Shown: positions 20,571 to 29,305 of the stretch, piece after piece | Numbering within the stretch: position 1 is the first letter of the stretch | Layout of the letters: each line of letters starts with the position of its first letter | Origin: Candidatus Zixiibacteriota bacterium | Lineage (GTDB): Bacteria; Zixibacteria; MSB-5A5; GN15; JAAZOE01 | Length of the DNA stretch: 64,000 nucleotides | Reading direction: 5' to 3' | Assembly (NCBI GenBank): GCA_043819555.1 | Contig: JBDREQ010000039.1 | Coordinates: forward strand, 1,453-65,452 | The notes under the pieces: generated by a model | Told to the model about the DNA's origin: nothing | What the model saw: the letters and a program-made list of their open reading frames with translations, nothing else | The model's database searches: none | Position numbers and translations under genes: made by a program

Positions 20571-21710
20571 TCATAGGAACAATCCAACAATCCATAATAC
20601 GGTTCCCAATATACCAATCGTGATTTGGCACGGCACCGCATATTTCATTTCTTTTAATACCCCGGAAAGCGACGTATAAGTGGACGCCCCCGTAAAATTC
20701 ATTGCGATAAAACTCGAGATGGCGATTATAATAAATATCCAGGCAGCAGACATGAAATATCCCGGGGTAAATTGCGGATAAAAATTGAAAAACAAACTTA
20801 CCGAGGCAATAGTCAATAATCCTATCCAGATGCCCTTCACTGAAAACGAACGTCCCGGCAGTACCGGTAATAAAACAGGAGCCCCGACAATCGCGATTAA
20901 ATAGGCAAAAACGAACAATAGAACGTTTTGTACCCCGTTCGTTGCCAATCTATAGATAGAATATCCGTCGCTTCCCAAACCACTTAAGATAAACATGATC
21001 GCGAGTACTAATAGGAGCTTTTTCAAATAGCCGGCAATTTCCATAGGTATTAGGGTAATCCGCTCGCCAATTTTAAAAGTAACTCGCCGCATTTCAGGGG
21101 TTGCTTTCATGCGATTCTCTAAAAATCGTCTAATATCTGCCGAGAAAACAGGTCCGAAAACAACCCGAAAACCGCTCATCTCTTTAACCCGAAAAGCGCT
21201 GACTCCGGTCGCCCCCAATTGTGGTACGATTATTCTGCGGTGCGAAACAACCTGTTCAAGACCGGAAGTTTTTATCCGGATAACTAACTCATTAGTACCA
21301 AACGTACCTTTTCCCGCCGCGCACCAGACATTGATACCCTTCGTATCTAAAACCAGGCCCCATCCGTCCAAACCGTCAAGGTCAGATCGGAGGTAATCAA
21401 AACTCATTTTGTAATTGGCCGAGACAAATACCGGTGATTTATCCGTCGGCTCTCCAATGGCGTACAATCCCGGAGTGACAATATGCGTTGTCCGGCCTAT
21501 TCCCCAGCGGCGTTTCCAATTTCCGATTTTGTCAGACAAGGTTAAGACCGTGCTAACCTTTGGAATTTTCCCAATTGGCGTGGAAATATGTTTATCAATC
21601 CATGGTTTATTATCCGCAATTAACTCAAATGCAGTATCTGGATTTTTTTGGCTTTCAGGCTGGCTGCAACACTGCCCGTTATTTTGTGAAAGCTCACTCA
21701 CGATGCTCAC
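20571..21710 (-). CDS. hgcA: Mercury methylation corrinoid protein HgcA
   Basis: Cap-helix GINVWCAAGKG, ANYKMSFD, PQLGATGV, C-terminal TMs, MNFTGASTYTSLSGV. Confidence 0.97.
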   Translation of the reverse strand: MSIVSELSQNNGQCCSQPESQKNPDTAFELIADNKPWIDKHISTPIGKIPKVSTVLTLSDKIGNWKRRWGIGRTTHIVTPGLYAIGEPTDKSPVFVSANYKMSFDYLRSDLDGLDGWGLVLDTKGINVWCAAGKGTFGTNELVIRIKTSGLEQVVSHRRIIVPQLGATGVSAFRVKEMSGFRVVFGPVFSADIRRFLENRMKATPEMRRVTFKIGERITLIPMEIAGYLKKLLLVLAIMFILSGLGSDGYSIYRLATNGVQNVLLFVFAYLIAIVGAPVLLPVLPGRSFSVKGIWIGLLTIASVSLFFNFYPQFTPGYFMSAAWIFIIIAISSFIAMNFTGASTYTSLSGVLKEMKYAVPCQITIGILGTVLWIVGLFL

Positions 21711-21715
21711 CTCTA

Positions 21716-22411
21716 TTAAAAAATCAACAAATAAAATCCTGCGATTAGCAAAATACAGCCTGCCGTATAGCGGATAATTTTAGCCGCCCGTTCAGATCTA
21801 AAAATAGCGGCTTTGCCATAAGAGAGCCCGGTTAAGACGGCGGCGGCTGGAAAGGAATAGCCTATCGCAAAGAAAGTCAAAATAATTATTCCCCATAGAG
21901 TGTGCCCCCTGAGAACCGCCAGACCAATCGCACCCGCCAGGGCAGGATTGCAGCCGATAGTACAAGCTGACGTTCCTCCCCCTACGACAAGACCAAAAAA
22001 GGCAGCACCCTTGATTGATTCGGGAACCGTCGGCTTATAATTTGTTACTATTCCCGGAATTTTCCAGGGTATTAAATCAAGAGAAACCGCTCCCAAAAAG
22101 ATTATTATCAATCCGGCCAATGTCTTCCAGTATATCCCCAGAGCACTCCCGGCTATTTGACTGATAAATCCTGCCGCCGCTCCAAGCAATCCCAATGACA
22201 GCATTGTCCCGATCATAAAAAACAATCCCGTAATGGCAATCGTTTTCTTGTCTATCTTTTCCTGTGATCCGCTGTATCCGGCGATAGCCCCCAAAACTGG
22301 TAATGTGCAGCATGAGCTGACCGAAGCCGCCAAACCCAGAACCAGGGAAGCCGGCAATATAATCCAGCCGTATTCGGGATTATCCAATATTTGCCGTAAT
22401 GTGTCAATCAT
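21716..22411 (-). CDS. CcdA/DsbD-family transmembrane thiol-disulfide electron transporter
   Basis: About 6 TMs; SCCTLP in TM1 and CTIGCNP in TM4. Confidence 0.75.
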   Translation of the reverse strand: MIDTLRQILDNPEYGWIILPASLVLGLAASVSSCCTLPVLGAIAGYSGSQEKIDKKTIAITGLFFMIGTMLSLGLLGAAAGFISQIAGSALGIYWKTLAGLIIIFLGAVSLDLIPWKIPGIVTNYKPTVPESIKGAAFFGLVVGGGTSACTIGCNPALAGAIGLAVLRGHTLWGIIILTFFAIGYSFPAAAVLTGLSYGKAAIFRSERAAKIIRYTAGCILLIAGFYLLIF

Positions 22412-22420
22412 ATTGAGTTC

Positions 22421-23032
22421 CTATGTACCGCAATTATTCGGATCACAGGTTGCCGGATCGCATCCACCCGATAAATATGCTTTCATGAGAATTGTTTCGG
22501 ATAGCTCACCAGTCAATATCGCCGGAGCCTTACCCTTTTTGGCTACGACTACCGCCGGTAGATTCGGAATATTAAGATTGTCAACCGCGGAAGAAAACAA
22601 TTCTTCGCCGGGCGCGGTTTTGGCGATTATAATATCTGCTCCGGATTTCCGAATCGATTCGGTAACATCCTCGACCATCCGTGATATTTCGGGATTTTTT
22701 TCCAAAGCCGAGCCTGCTCCTTCAAGAATAAGAAATAAAAAATCCGAATCGACCAGTAAATCATCGGTGAAAAATGAAGTTGTTTCAACCTGGCCAGGGT
22801 CAACACTCGCATTGGCGATTTCCCTTTCCTGATATCCAAGTGAGTAAATGGCTAATGCGATCGCCGTTAGCATGATAATCGAAAATATGATATTTTTTGC
22901 CTTTCGCCCCATTAATGATTGCCTGCCGCTATCAGTTGTACAACAACCAGTCGGTCCGCAATCGCAGGAATCAGCATTCAAATTATTCAATCGCTTGTTA
23001 TTATCGTTGCTCTCGAGATTATTGTCACCCAT
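22421..23032 (-). CDS. Cys-rich membrane-anchored hypothetical protein, possibly thioredoxin-like
   Basis: N-terminal CDCGPTGCC, one TM, C-terminal GGCDPATCDPNNCGT. Confidence 0.65.
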   Translation of the reverse strand: MGDNNLESNDNNKRLNNLNADSCDCGPTGCCTTDSGRQSLMGRKAKNIIFSIIMLTAIALAIYSLGYQEREIANASVDPGQVETTSFFTDDLLVDSDFLFLILEGAGSALEKNPEISRMVEDVTESIRKSGADIIIAKTAPGEELFSSAVDNLNIPNLPAVVVAKKGKAPAILTGELSETILMKAYLSGGCDPATCDPNNCGT

Positions 23033-23054
23033 TGCAATTACCTTTCCTATTCAA

Positions 23055-23414
23055 TTATCCTGAAAGATCAAAAACGTCATTCAGCTTCCCGCTGCAACAG
23101 CTTTTAAAAAACTGAGCCAGCTCAGTTATTACCTCTTCAGAAATCCAACACCTGGTTTTTTGCCCCACTTTTTCAAGTTGAATTAGCCCGGATTGATTGA
23201 GTTCTTTTATATGATGTGAAATTGTAGAAGGCGCAAGGTTCAGCTGGCTACCCAGGCGGCCGATACAATTCTGATCATCATCGCCCAATTCGCATTTTTC
23301 ATCAATGCTGCAACAGGAAACCAAAGTCAGAAACAACTGAAACCGGTTTGAATTCGATAGTGCCTTAAAAATCCTAACATATCCCTTATTATCTATAATT
23401 CGATTGTTCGACAT
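23055..23414 (-). CDS. arsR: ArsR/SmtB-family metalloregulator
   Basis: FKALSNSNR, LNLAPSTISHHIKEL...GLI; multiple Cys including two CC pairs. Confidence 0.9.
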   Translation of the reverse strand: MSNNRIIDNKGYVRIFKALSNSNRFQLFLTLVSCCSIDEKCELGDDDQNCIGRLGSQLNLAPSTISHHIKELNQSGLIQLEKVGQKTRCWISEEVITELAQFFKSCCSGKLNDVFDLSG

Positions 23415-23422
23415 ATGTCGAA
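23407..23422. promoter_or_regulatory. Putative ArsR operator (perfect 16-bp palindrome)
   Basis: TTCGACATATGTCGAA overlaps the arsR start codon and the predicted transcription start. Confidence 0.7.
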
Positions 23423-23449
23423 ATATACATATTCTGCTCCCGATGTCAA
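23422..23449 (-). promoter_or_regulatory. sigma70 promoter of arsR-hgcAB operon
   Basis: TTGACA (23449-23444), 16-nt spacer, TATATT (23427-23422). Confidence 0.7.
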
Positions 23450-23521
23450 TTAGATTTTTTGGAATAACCAGGATTCCTTAAAATCTCTTTCCTGAAGCGA
23501 TTGAAATATATAAATTAGGTC

Positions 23522-25846
23522 ATGGCATCATCAGGTCAGCATCCAAAACTGCGTTCGGATCTTGTCGTATCCGAACAGGAAACTGGCGGGCAAACGCTAT
23601 TCATACTGAAAGACCCGATTACTTTTCGATATTTTCGGGTACGCGCGCCTGAGTTTTATCTAATCAACCAGTTTGACGGGAAAACTGATAATGCGAGTAT
23701 CTCAAAACGGATGTTGGACAAGTTTGATTTACAAATCTCAACCGAAGCTATCGAACAATTCGCCAATAAGGTCGAGGCTCTTTATTTTTTCGAAGGTTCT
23801 CGGTCGGAATATGAAATATCATCGGGGCGATATAAACCTCAGGCAAAAAAGAGCCTTTTTTCAAATTTACTATTTGTAAAACTCAAGGCGTTTAATCCTG
23901 AAGGGATATTAAACGCCATATACCCTGCCGTAAAATTTCTATTTAATCCTGTCGCGGTTACGGCCATGATTCTACTAACTTTTTCCGGATTCTTAATTTA
24001 CTCTGCCAATTTTTATGAATTTCGCTTTAATCCCACAGCCATTTTTTCTTTGGGATCGCTCGTGACCATTTTCATTGTTCTGGCATTTATACTACTGCTC
24101 CACGAATTTGCGCACGCCTTAACCTGTCGGCATTACGGCGGACACGTGAGGGAAATGGGCTTTCTGCTTTTATATTTTCAGGTTTGTTTTTACGCAAACC
24201 TATCCGATTCGTGGCTTTTCAAGAAAAAATCGCATCGTCTGGCGGTTCTTTGGGCAGGACTGTTTTTTCAAATGGTTATGTTTTCCGCTGTTGTTTTTGG
24301 ATGGCGTGTTACCGTTATCGGGACCGGAATAAATCATTTTTTCTGGCTGGCGGCTAATATCAATCTTCTGGTAATCCTGATCAATTTTAATCCTTTGATT
24401 AAGCTTGACGGTTATTATCTCTTATCCGAAATTATCAATATCCCCAACCTGCGTGACCGGTCATTTCAATACTTAAGACAAGGATTCAAGAAATTCATCG
24501 GAATCGATTTATCATATAGAAATCCACCAAAACGCCAGGCGCGGATAATGCTTTTTTATGTCATTTTCGCTTCTTTTTACTCTCTACTCTTAATTCTGTA
24601 TGTCGGTCGAGCCGCATATCGGTTCCTGGTCGAAAACCTCGCCGGTAGCGGTTTTTTATTGTTTTTAGTGTTGCTGATTATTATTTTTCAAAAACCGGTC
24701 AGGCAATTTATAAGATTCGTAACTAAAAGAGAGGTCTTGAAGGCGATGGCATTCAAACCAAGAAATATAGTGATATTCACTAGCGTTCTTATTGTAGCGA
24801 TTGTCTTCCTGTTTATAATCCCCTTCCAGAGTCAGGTGGGAGCCGGGATAACCATTCAGCCCAAAGCGGAATTTCGAATTGTTCATCAATCTGCCCAGGG
24901 GCGTCTGGATTTATATCTGAGGGAAAGCGGCACAGAGCGAATATTTGGTACCGAACATATTCAATTATCATCCGGGGATTTAGCCGTATTGAGGCTTGTA
25001 CCTTTGGTCAAAGAAGGCGATATTGTAAAAAAAGGCGATACTTTGGCAACGATAATCTCCAGTCAGGTGTTGGGTAACCTTGATGCCGCTCGCGCTGAGC
25101 TTGACCGTTTGCAAAATGAAATAGCTCTGATACAATCGCCTCCCAAACCTGAAGAAATCACCTCGGCGCAGGCGGCGGTCAATGCGGCTAAAGCTAACGT
25201 TGAGCAAATGCAAAACGATGTCGATAGAAACAGGTCTTTATTTGAGAAAAATCTAATCGCTCGACAGGAAATTGAACAATCTGAATCATACCTGATTGTA
25301 GCCCAGTCGAATTTAAAAGAAGCTCAGGCAAAACTGGAATTAATCAAGGCGCCTCCAAAAAAAGAGGAAATCGACATCCTCAAATCGAAGATATCAACCC
25401 AAAATGCCTCAATACGTTATCTCGCCACTCAGGAGGCCGCCCAGGCAATTGTTACTCCCATTGATGGAGTTATCGTCGCGCAGTATCGCGATGAATTGTT
25501 GTTCAAAGTGGCCGATATGTCTCAAGCGGAAATCACCATGCCAATTGCCGATAACTTCCTCAAAATGATCCGGACCGATGCTGATGTTTCGGTTAAGGTT
25601 CGCAGTTTCCCCTCGCAGCTTTTCAACGGCCAGGTCATACAAATTTCCAATTCGGGAGATTTAGCTTTCTCCACCGACGACAGGTCGCGTTTCCCCGTTT
25701 ACGCTTTACTCGATAACCCCGATGGAGTTCTCCAGGACGGAATGAGCGGGTACGCAAAAATCTCCTGCGGTAAATCGTCTCTCTTCAATATTTTGTCAAA
25801 TCGCATAAAATCCAACCTGCGGGTAGAATTCTGGTCCTGGTGGTAA
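23522..25846 (+). CDS. RRE(PqqD-like) / M50 site-2 protease / HlyD-like adaptor fusion protein
   Basis: N-terminal PKLRSDL..ILKDP...YF...EFYLINQFDGK (RRE-like); HEFAH and NFNPLIKLDGYY (M50 zinc ligands); multiple TMs; VKEGDIVKKGD, coiled coil, TPIDG, GMSG.AKI (membrane fusion protein). Confidence 0.85.
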   Translation: MASSGQHPKLRSDLVVSEQETGGQTLFILKDPITFRYFRVRAPEFYLINQFDGKTDNASISKRMLDKFDLQISTEAIEQFANKVEALYFFEGSRSEYEISSGRYKPQAKKSLFSNLLFVKLKAFNPEGILNAIYPAVKFLFNPVAVTAMILLTFSGFLIYSANFYEFRFNPTAIFSLGSLVTIFIVLAFILLLHEFAHALTCRHYGGHVREMGFLLLYFQVCFYANLSDSWLFKKKSHRLAVLWAGLFFQMVMFSAVVFGWRVTVIGTGINHFFWLAANINLLVILINFNPLIKLDGYYLLSEIINIPNLRDRSFQYLRQGFKKFIGIDLSYRNPPKRQARIMLFYVIFASFYSLLLILYVGRAAYRFLVENLAGSGFLLFLVLLIIIFQKPVRQFIRFVTKREVLKAMAFKPRNIVIFTSVLIVAIVFLFIIPFQSQVGAGITIQPKAEFRIVHQSAQGRLDLYLRESGTERIFGTEHIQLSSGDLAVLRLVPLVKEGDIVKKGDTLATIISSQVLGNLDAARAELDRLQNEIALIQSPPKPEEITSAQAAVNAAKANVEQMQNDVDRNRSLFEKNLIARQEIEQSESYLIVAQSNLKEAQAKLELIKAPPKKEEIDILKSKISTQNASIRYLATQEAAQAIVTPIDGVIVAQYRDELLFKVADMSQAEITMPIADNFLKMIRTDADVSVKVRSFPSQLFNGQVIQISNSGDLAFSTDDRSRFPVYALLDNPDGVLQDGMSGYAKISCGKSSLFNILSNRIKSNLRVEFWSWW

Positions 25847-26115
25847 CTTTTTTTATTCCCCTTAATTAATTGTCTAATAATAAGTTGCGTGATTTTGTGT
25901 GATTCTTCGCATTAAATAATTGTCCCAGGCACTTGACAGAGAAGAAATATAATACTTGATTTGCATGCTGAATAGCAGTTTTCAGCACACAGGGATGTGA
26001 AATTGTTACACGGATTGTAACTTCGGTGCTTCATCCCAAAGACAGATAAGAGGAAACCACTCAGCATTATGCTGATGGCACTATATCGGACTCAAATACA
26101 TAGGAGGTGAACCCG

Positions 26116-26187
26116 ATGATCTACGAACTCGAAATCGAAGTTCTAGAAGAGAAGATTGCTCCTGGAATGAGCATGGGTGGTCAGTAG
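26116..26187 (+). CDS. 23-aa small peptide MIYELEIEVLEEKIAPGMSMGGQ, putative RiPP-like precursor
   Basis: AGGAGGTGA SD at 26102-26110, 5 nt before ATG; LExLEExIAP leader-like motif; downstream hairpins; next to the RRE-M50 gene. Below the ORF-track cutoff. Confidence 0.8.
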   Translation: MIYELEIEVLEEKIAPGMSMGGQ

Positions 26188-26264
26188 AATTGAAACCGCG
26201 AAGGAATTAACCCTCGCGAATTTCAATTCTGTCAAGTCAGGGGCCGCCATTGGCGGCCCCTTTC
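26186..26264 (+). terminator. Two hairpins 3' of the peptide ORF; the second is a likely terminator
   Basis: AGAATTGAAA...TTTCAATTCT (26186-26230) and AGGGGCCGCCA-T-TGGCGGCCCCT-TT (26239-26263), the latter overlapping the kinase stop codon. Confidence 0.6.
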
Positions 26265-29200
26265 CTATTGCCTAATACAACTTTTAAAGACTTTAACCGT
26301 CCCAAAAGCTTAATAATTCTCTTATCGGTATAGTATTTCTGTAGTTTTTCAGAATCAACTATTTTTTCTGATATTTTTTTAAGTACTTCAAGTGCATTTT
26401 GGGAATGAACAAACGAATCTTCGAATTCTTTAAGTTCAAATGTAATTTCGGATAATAAGCACGATGCCTGCCATTGTTCGGGAAGCATTCCGTTTTTTTG
26501 CGCAATCTTTAAAGCCTTGTTCAAAGACAACTTAGCGATGTCGAGTTTTCTTTCGCTGAATTCACACATGGCCAGATCTATATGGTATCTCGGCAAATCA
26601 ATATCTTCATCAATCGTGCCAAAATATAGTCTGGCATTATTCATAAATTTCTCAATATTTTTAAATTCATGGTTTTCAATTTCTTTTTCCAGCCGAGCCA
26701 AACCAATCACTGAAAACTCGCGTTGTGTATTCAATTTGGATTGTAGCTCTTCCGCCGCCCGGATATGTTTTTGATCTCCTGAAATATTAAAGTTATGAAT
26801 GTGTATGAAAAATTGGGCCAGTTTATCATCAATATCGACCGCCATTTCTTTGGCTTTCCTTAAATAATCTTCGGCCCTGTCAAAAACGTTTAAATCTTTA
26901 TATAATTTTGCAAGTTCCAAATAACAGGGCAAAATTGAAGCGCTGTGTTCCAGTTGCAATGCGGAAGATAAGGCATTTCGGATTTGAAATTCCGCTTCTG
27001 AGTAGACACCCATACGGCGAAGTATTTGCCCGGTCAGGCGTGACAGGGTAACTTTATGCGCTTCATCGTTCAAAATATCCGCGATCGCTTTTCCTTCCTG
27101 CAGGAATTTTAGGGCTCCACTTAACCTGCCAGCTAAGAGGCTTGCTTCCACAAGGTTTTCGTAATTAAGGAGTTGTTCTACTTTGATACCCATTTCTAAA
27201 TTAAGGTTAAGCGATTTCTCAAAAGCGCCAATGGCTGCAGATGCCTTCCCCATCATAAAATAGGTGAAACCCAGATTATTCCAGGTGCGGGCAATTTCCC
27301 CTTTATCACCCAGTTTTTTTTTGATTTCCAGGGCTTCGGAAAGATGTTTTACTCCATTCTCATATTCTCCACGCACAACATAAATGGAACCGATATTGTT
27401 CAGGCTTGATGCGATTTCACGTTGAGATTTTAGTTGTCTTTGCAATTCCAGGGCTTGAATATAATGTTCAAGGGCTTTATCCATTTTTCCGGCAACCCAG
27501 TACATATTGCCGAGATTATTGAGAGTCTGTGAAAGCCCCAATGGATCATCCAAACGCTCATACAATATCCTGGCTTGATTTAAAACCCGTATCCCCGAAG
27601 AGTAATCCGATTTGTCCTTATATAGGTCACCCAAAATTTTATAAGATTGGGCCGCAAGCAAATCATTTTCACCATTTTGGGAAAGTTCCACGACCCTGAC
27701 AAAAGAATGTTCGGCGAATTCAAGATACCCGGCCTCTTTTTCAACATTGGCTCGCCGAAACATCAATCTGGCCTGCTGGGAAATATCTTTCAGGCTTTTT
27801 GCAGCCTTTAGAGCCAGTTCAAGATACTCAAGCGATTTTTTCTGACTGACCGGAGTCTTATCAATGGCTGTGAGTAAAGATTCGATAGCCTTTTTGTAAT
27901 CTCCGGCCTGATAAAGTAAGTTTCCTCTTAATACCGCGAATGAATCAGAATTATCAAATATTTTTTCGATTTTCTTTGAAATAGTCCTGCGCGTTGATAA
28001 TTTCAACCTTCGGTTCAGGGAAGTGAGCAAAATCCGACGGCGTGAATCTGGAATATCAAACCACCACCTGAGGGCTGTTTTGGAATCAGAACAGATTATC
28101 TGAGCTATATCTTCGACTTTTTCCTCTACATCAGCCACTGCCAGGGCAAGGGCCAATTTGTTAAGCGAAAGCGAAGAGTTGTGCAATGGCCGCAATGCGA
28201 ATCGGGTCAATCGTTCAGGCCATTCAATACAATCAATTGATTGGTTTTGCCATCCCCAGTGGCCGTCCAGACGAGCAAACCGGCAATTATCAAAATTGTG
28301 TTCCAGAATTATTCTGACCCCAGCCGGATCAAAAAGCAGATCCTTTTCAATAAAATGCAATTGTTCAATTGAGAAACTGTGTTTTCCAAAAATCTCATAC
28401 AGCTTATTATCATTAAGCGCATCCAAGCCGTAAATAAGATGTCGAGGCCGAATTGCTTTCCTGAAGGGATATATGGAGCCCGCTTTGGCCAATTTTTCCA
28501 GTAATTCAAAAGCCGATGATGGCCTTTTTTCCGGATTTATTTCCAATAATGAGGATATTAAATCTTTTGTATTTTGCGAGAATTCACGAGCCAGCCCGGT
28601 TAGTCCTGGCCTTTCCCCTTCGGTTATCTGAGCGTTAATCTCAAGCGGATCGTTTTTTTCAGATTGAAATGGCAATGAACCCGAAGCCAGGTAGTAAGCC
28701 ATAACTCCAAAGGAAAACAAATCCGATCGCGGCGTTATTTTCTGGCCCATAACCACTTCTGGAGCCATGTATCCGACAGTTCCTGAGGTTTTGGGATTGG
28801 TTGCAATCCGGTGATCAGACGCCAGAGAAAAATCAGAAAGCTTTACATAAAATAATCGATTCAGCGCAAAATTAACATCCTCAAAACCCGGGGGACAGAA
28901 TACATTTGAGGGTTTTATATCATTGTGACAATAACCGGCGCTATGCAAAACATAAAGCGATGCCGCCGCCGCCGATAAAATCGCAAGGAGTTTATCTTCG
29001 GACAATTTCCCCGCGTAATTTTCAAGTATTTGCCCTTCACAAAATTCGATAGTAATAAATTTTCGGCTGGTGGAGGCAATTCCAATATCAAAGCACTTGA
29101 CAATACCGGGAAAATGAATTTTCTGAGAAATTAATTTTTCGGTTTCTATAAGCTGATCGTTTATATTTTCGAAAAAGCATTTTATTGCTATTGGTCTGGA

Positions 29201-29305
29201 AATATTTAGATGATGGGCCAAAAACACTTCGGCCGTGCCGCCCTCACCGATTTTTTTTATTACTTTATAATCCTCAGGGAAAGTTCTAATCACCGAACGC
29301 CTCAT
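26237..29305 (-). CDS. Hanks-type Ser/Thr protein kinase with C-terminal TPR array
   Basis: IGEGGTAEV, AIK, HNDIKPSN, DFS, GTVGYMAPE, SDLFSFG; TPRs such as SQTLNNLGNMYW, ASSLNNIGSIY, ARTWNNLGFTY. Confidence 0.9.
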   Translation of the reverse strand: MRRSVIRTFPEDYKVIKKIGEGGTAEVFLAHHLNISRPIAIKCFFENINDQLIETEKLISQKIHFPGIVKCFDIGIASTSRKFITIEFCEGQILENYAGKLSEDKLLAILSAAAASLYVLHSAGYCHNDIKPSNVFCPPGFEDVNFALNRLFYVKLSDFSLASDHRIATNPKTSGTVGYMAPEVVMGQKITPRSDLFSFGVMAYYLASGSLPFQSEKNDPLEINAQITEGERPGLTGLAREFSQNTKDLISSLLEINPEKRPSSAFELLEKLAKAGSIYPFRKAIRPRHLIYGLDALNDNKLYEIFGKHSFSIEQLHFIEKDLLFDPAGVRIILEHNFDNCRFARLDGHWGWQNQSIDCIEWPERLTRFALRPLHNSSLSLNKLALALAVADVEEKVEDIAQIICSDSKTALRWWFDIPDSRRRILLTSLNRRLKLSTRRTISKKIEKIFDNSDSFAVLRGNLLYQAGDYKKAIESLLTAIDKTPVSQKKSLEYLELALKAAKSLKDISQQARLMFRRANVEKEAGYLEFAEHSFVRVVELSQNGENDLLAAQSYKILGDLYKDKSDYSSGIRVLNQARILYERLDDPLGLSQTLNNLGNMYWVAGKMDKALEHYIQALELQRQLKSQREIASSLNNIGSIYVVRGEYENGVKHLSEALEIKKKLGDKGEIARTWNNLGFTYFMMGKASAAIGAFEKSLNLNLEMGIKVEQLLNYENLVEASLLAGRLSGALKFLQEGKAIADILNDEAHKVTLSRLTGQILRRMGVYSEAEFQIRNALSSALQLEHSASILPCYLELAKLYKDLNVFDRAEDYLRKAKEMAVDIDDKLAQFFIHIHNFNISGDQKHIRAAEELQSKLNTQREFSVIGLARLEKEIENHEFKNIEKFMNNARLYFGTIDEDIDLPRYHIDLAMCEFSERKLDIAKLSLNKALKIAQKNGMLPEQWQASCLLSEITFELKEFEDSFVHSQNALEVLKKISEKIVDSEKLQKYYTDKRIIKLLGRLKSLKVVLGNRKGAANGGP

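Noticed and set aside
22233..22832. 199-aa plus-strand ORF within the hgc operon
   Set aside because: Antisense to two well-supported genes, with no motif or SD
20255..23414. Selenocysteine recoding in hgcA or its neighbours
   Set aside because: The Cys-rich ORFs are open without an in-frame TGA at motif positions; the HgcA N-terminal pair is TGT TGC
25933..25953. TTGACA and TATAAT upstream of the peptide gene as a canonical promoter
   Set aside because: The spacing is only 9 nt, so it is not called as a standard sigma70 promoter
26041..26100. GGAAAC...GGCACT resemblance to the c-di-GMP-II riboswitch
   Set aside because: The remaining conserved elements and the pseudoknot were not found by eye; kept only as an unclassified structured region
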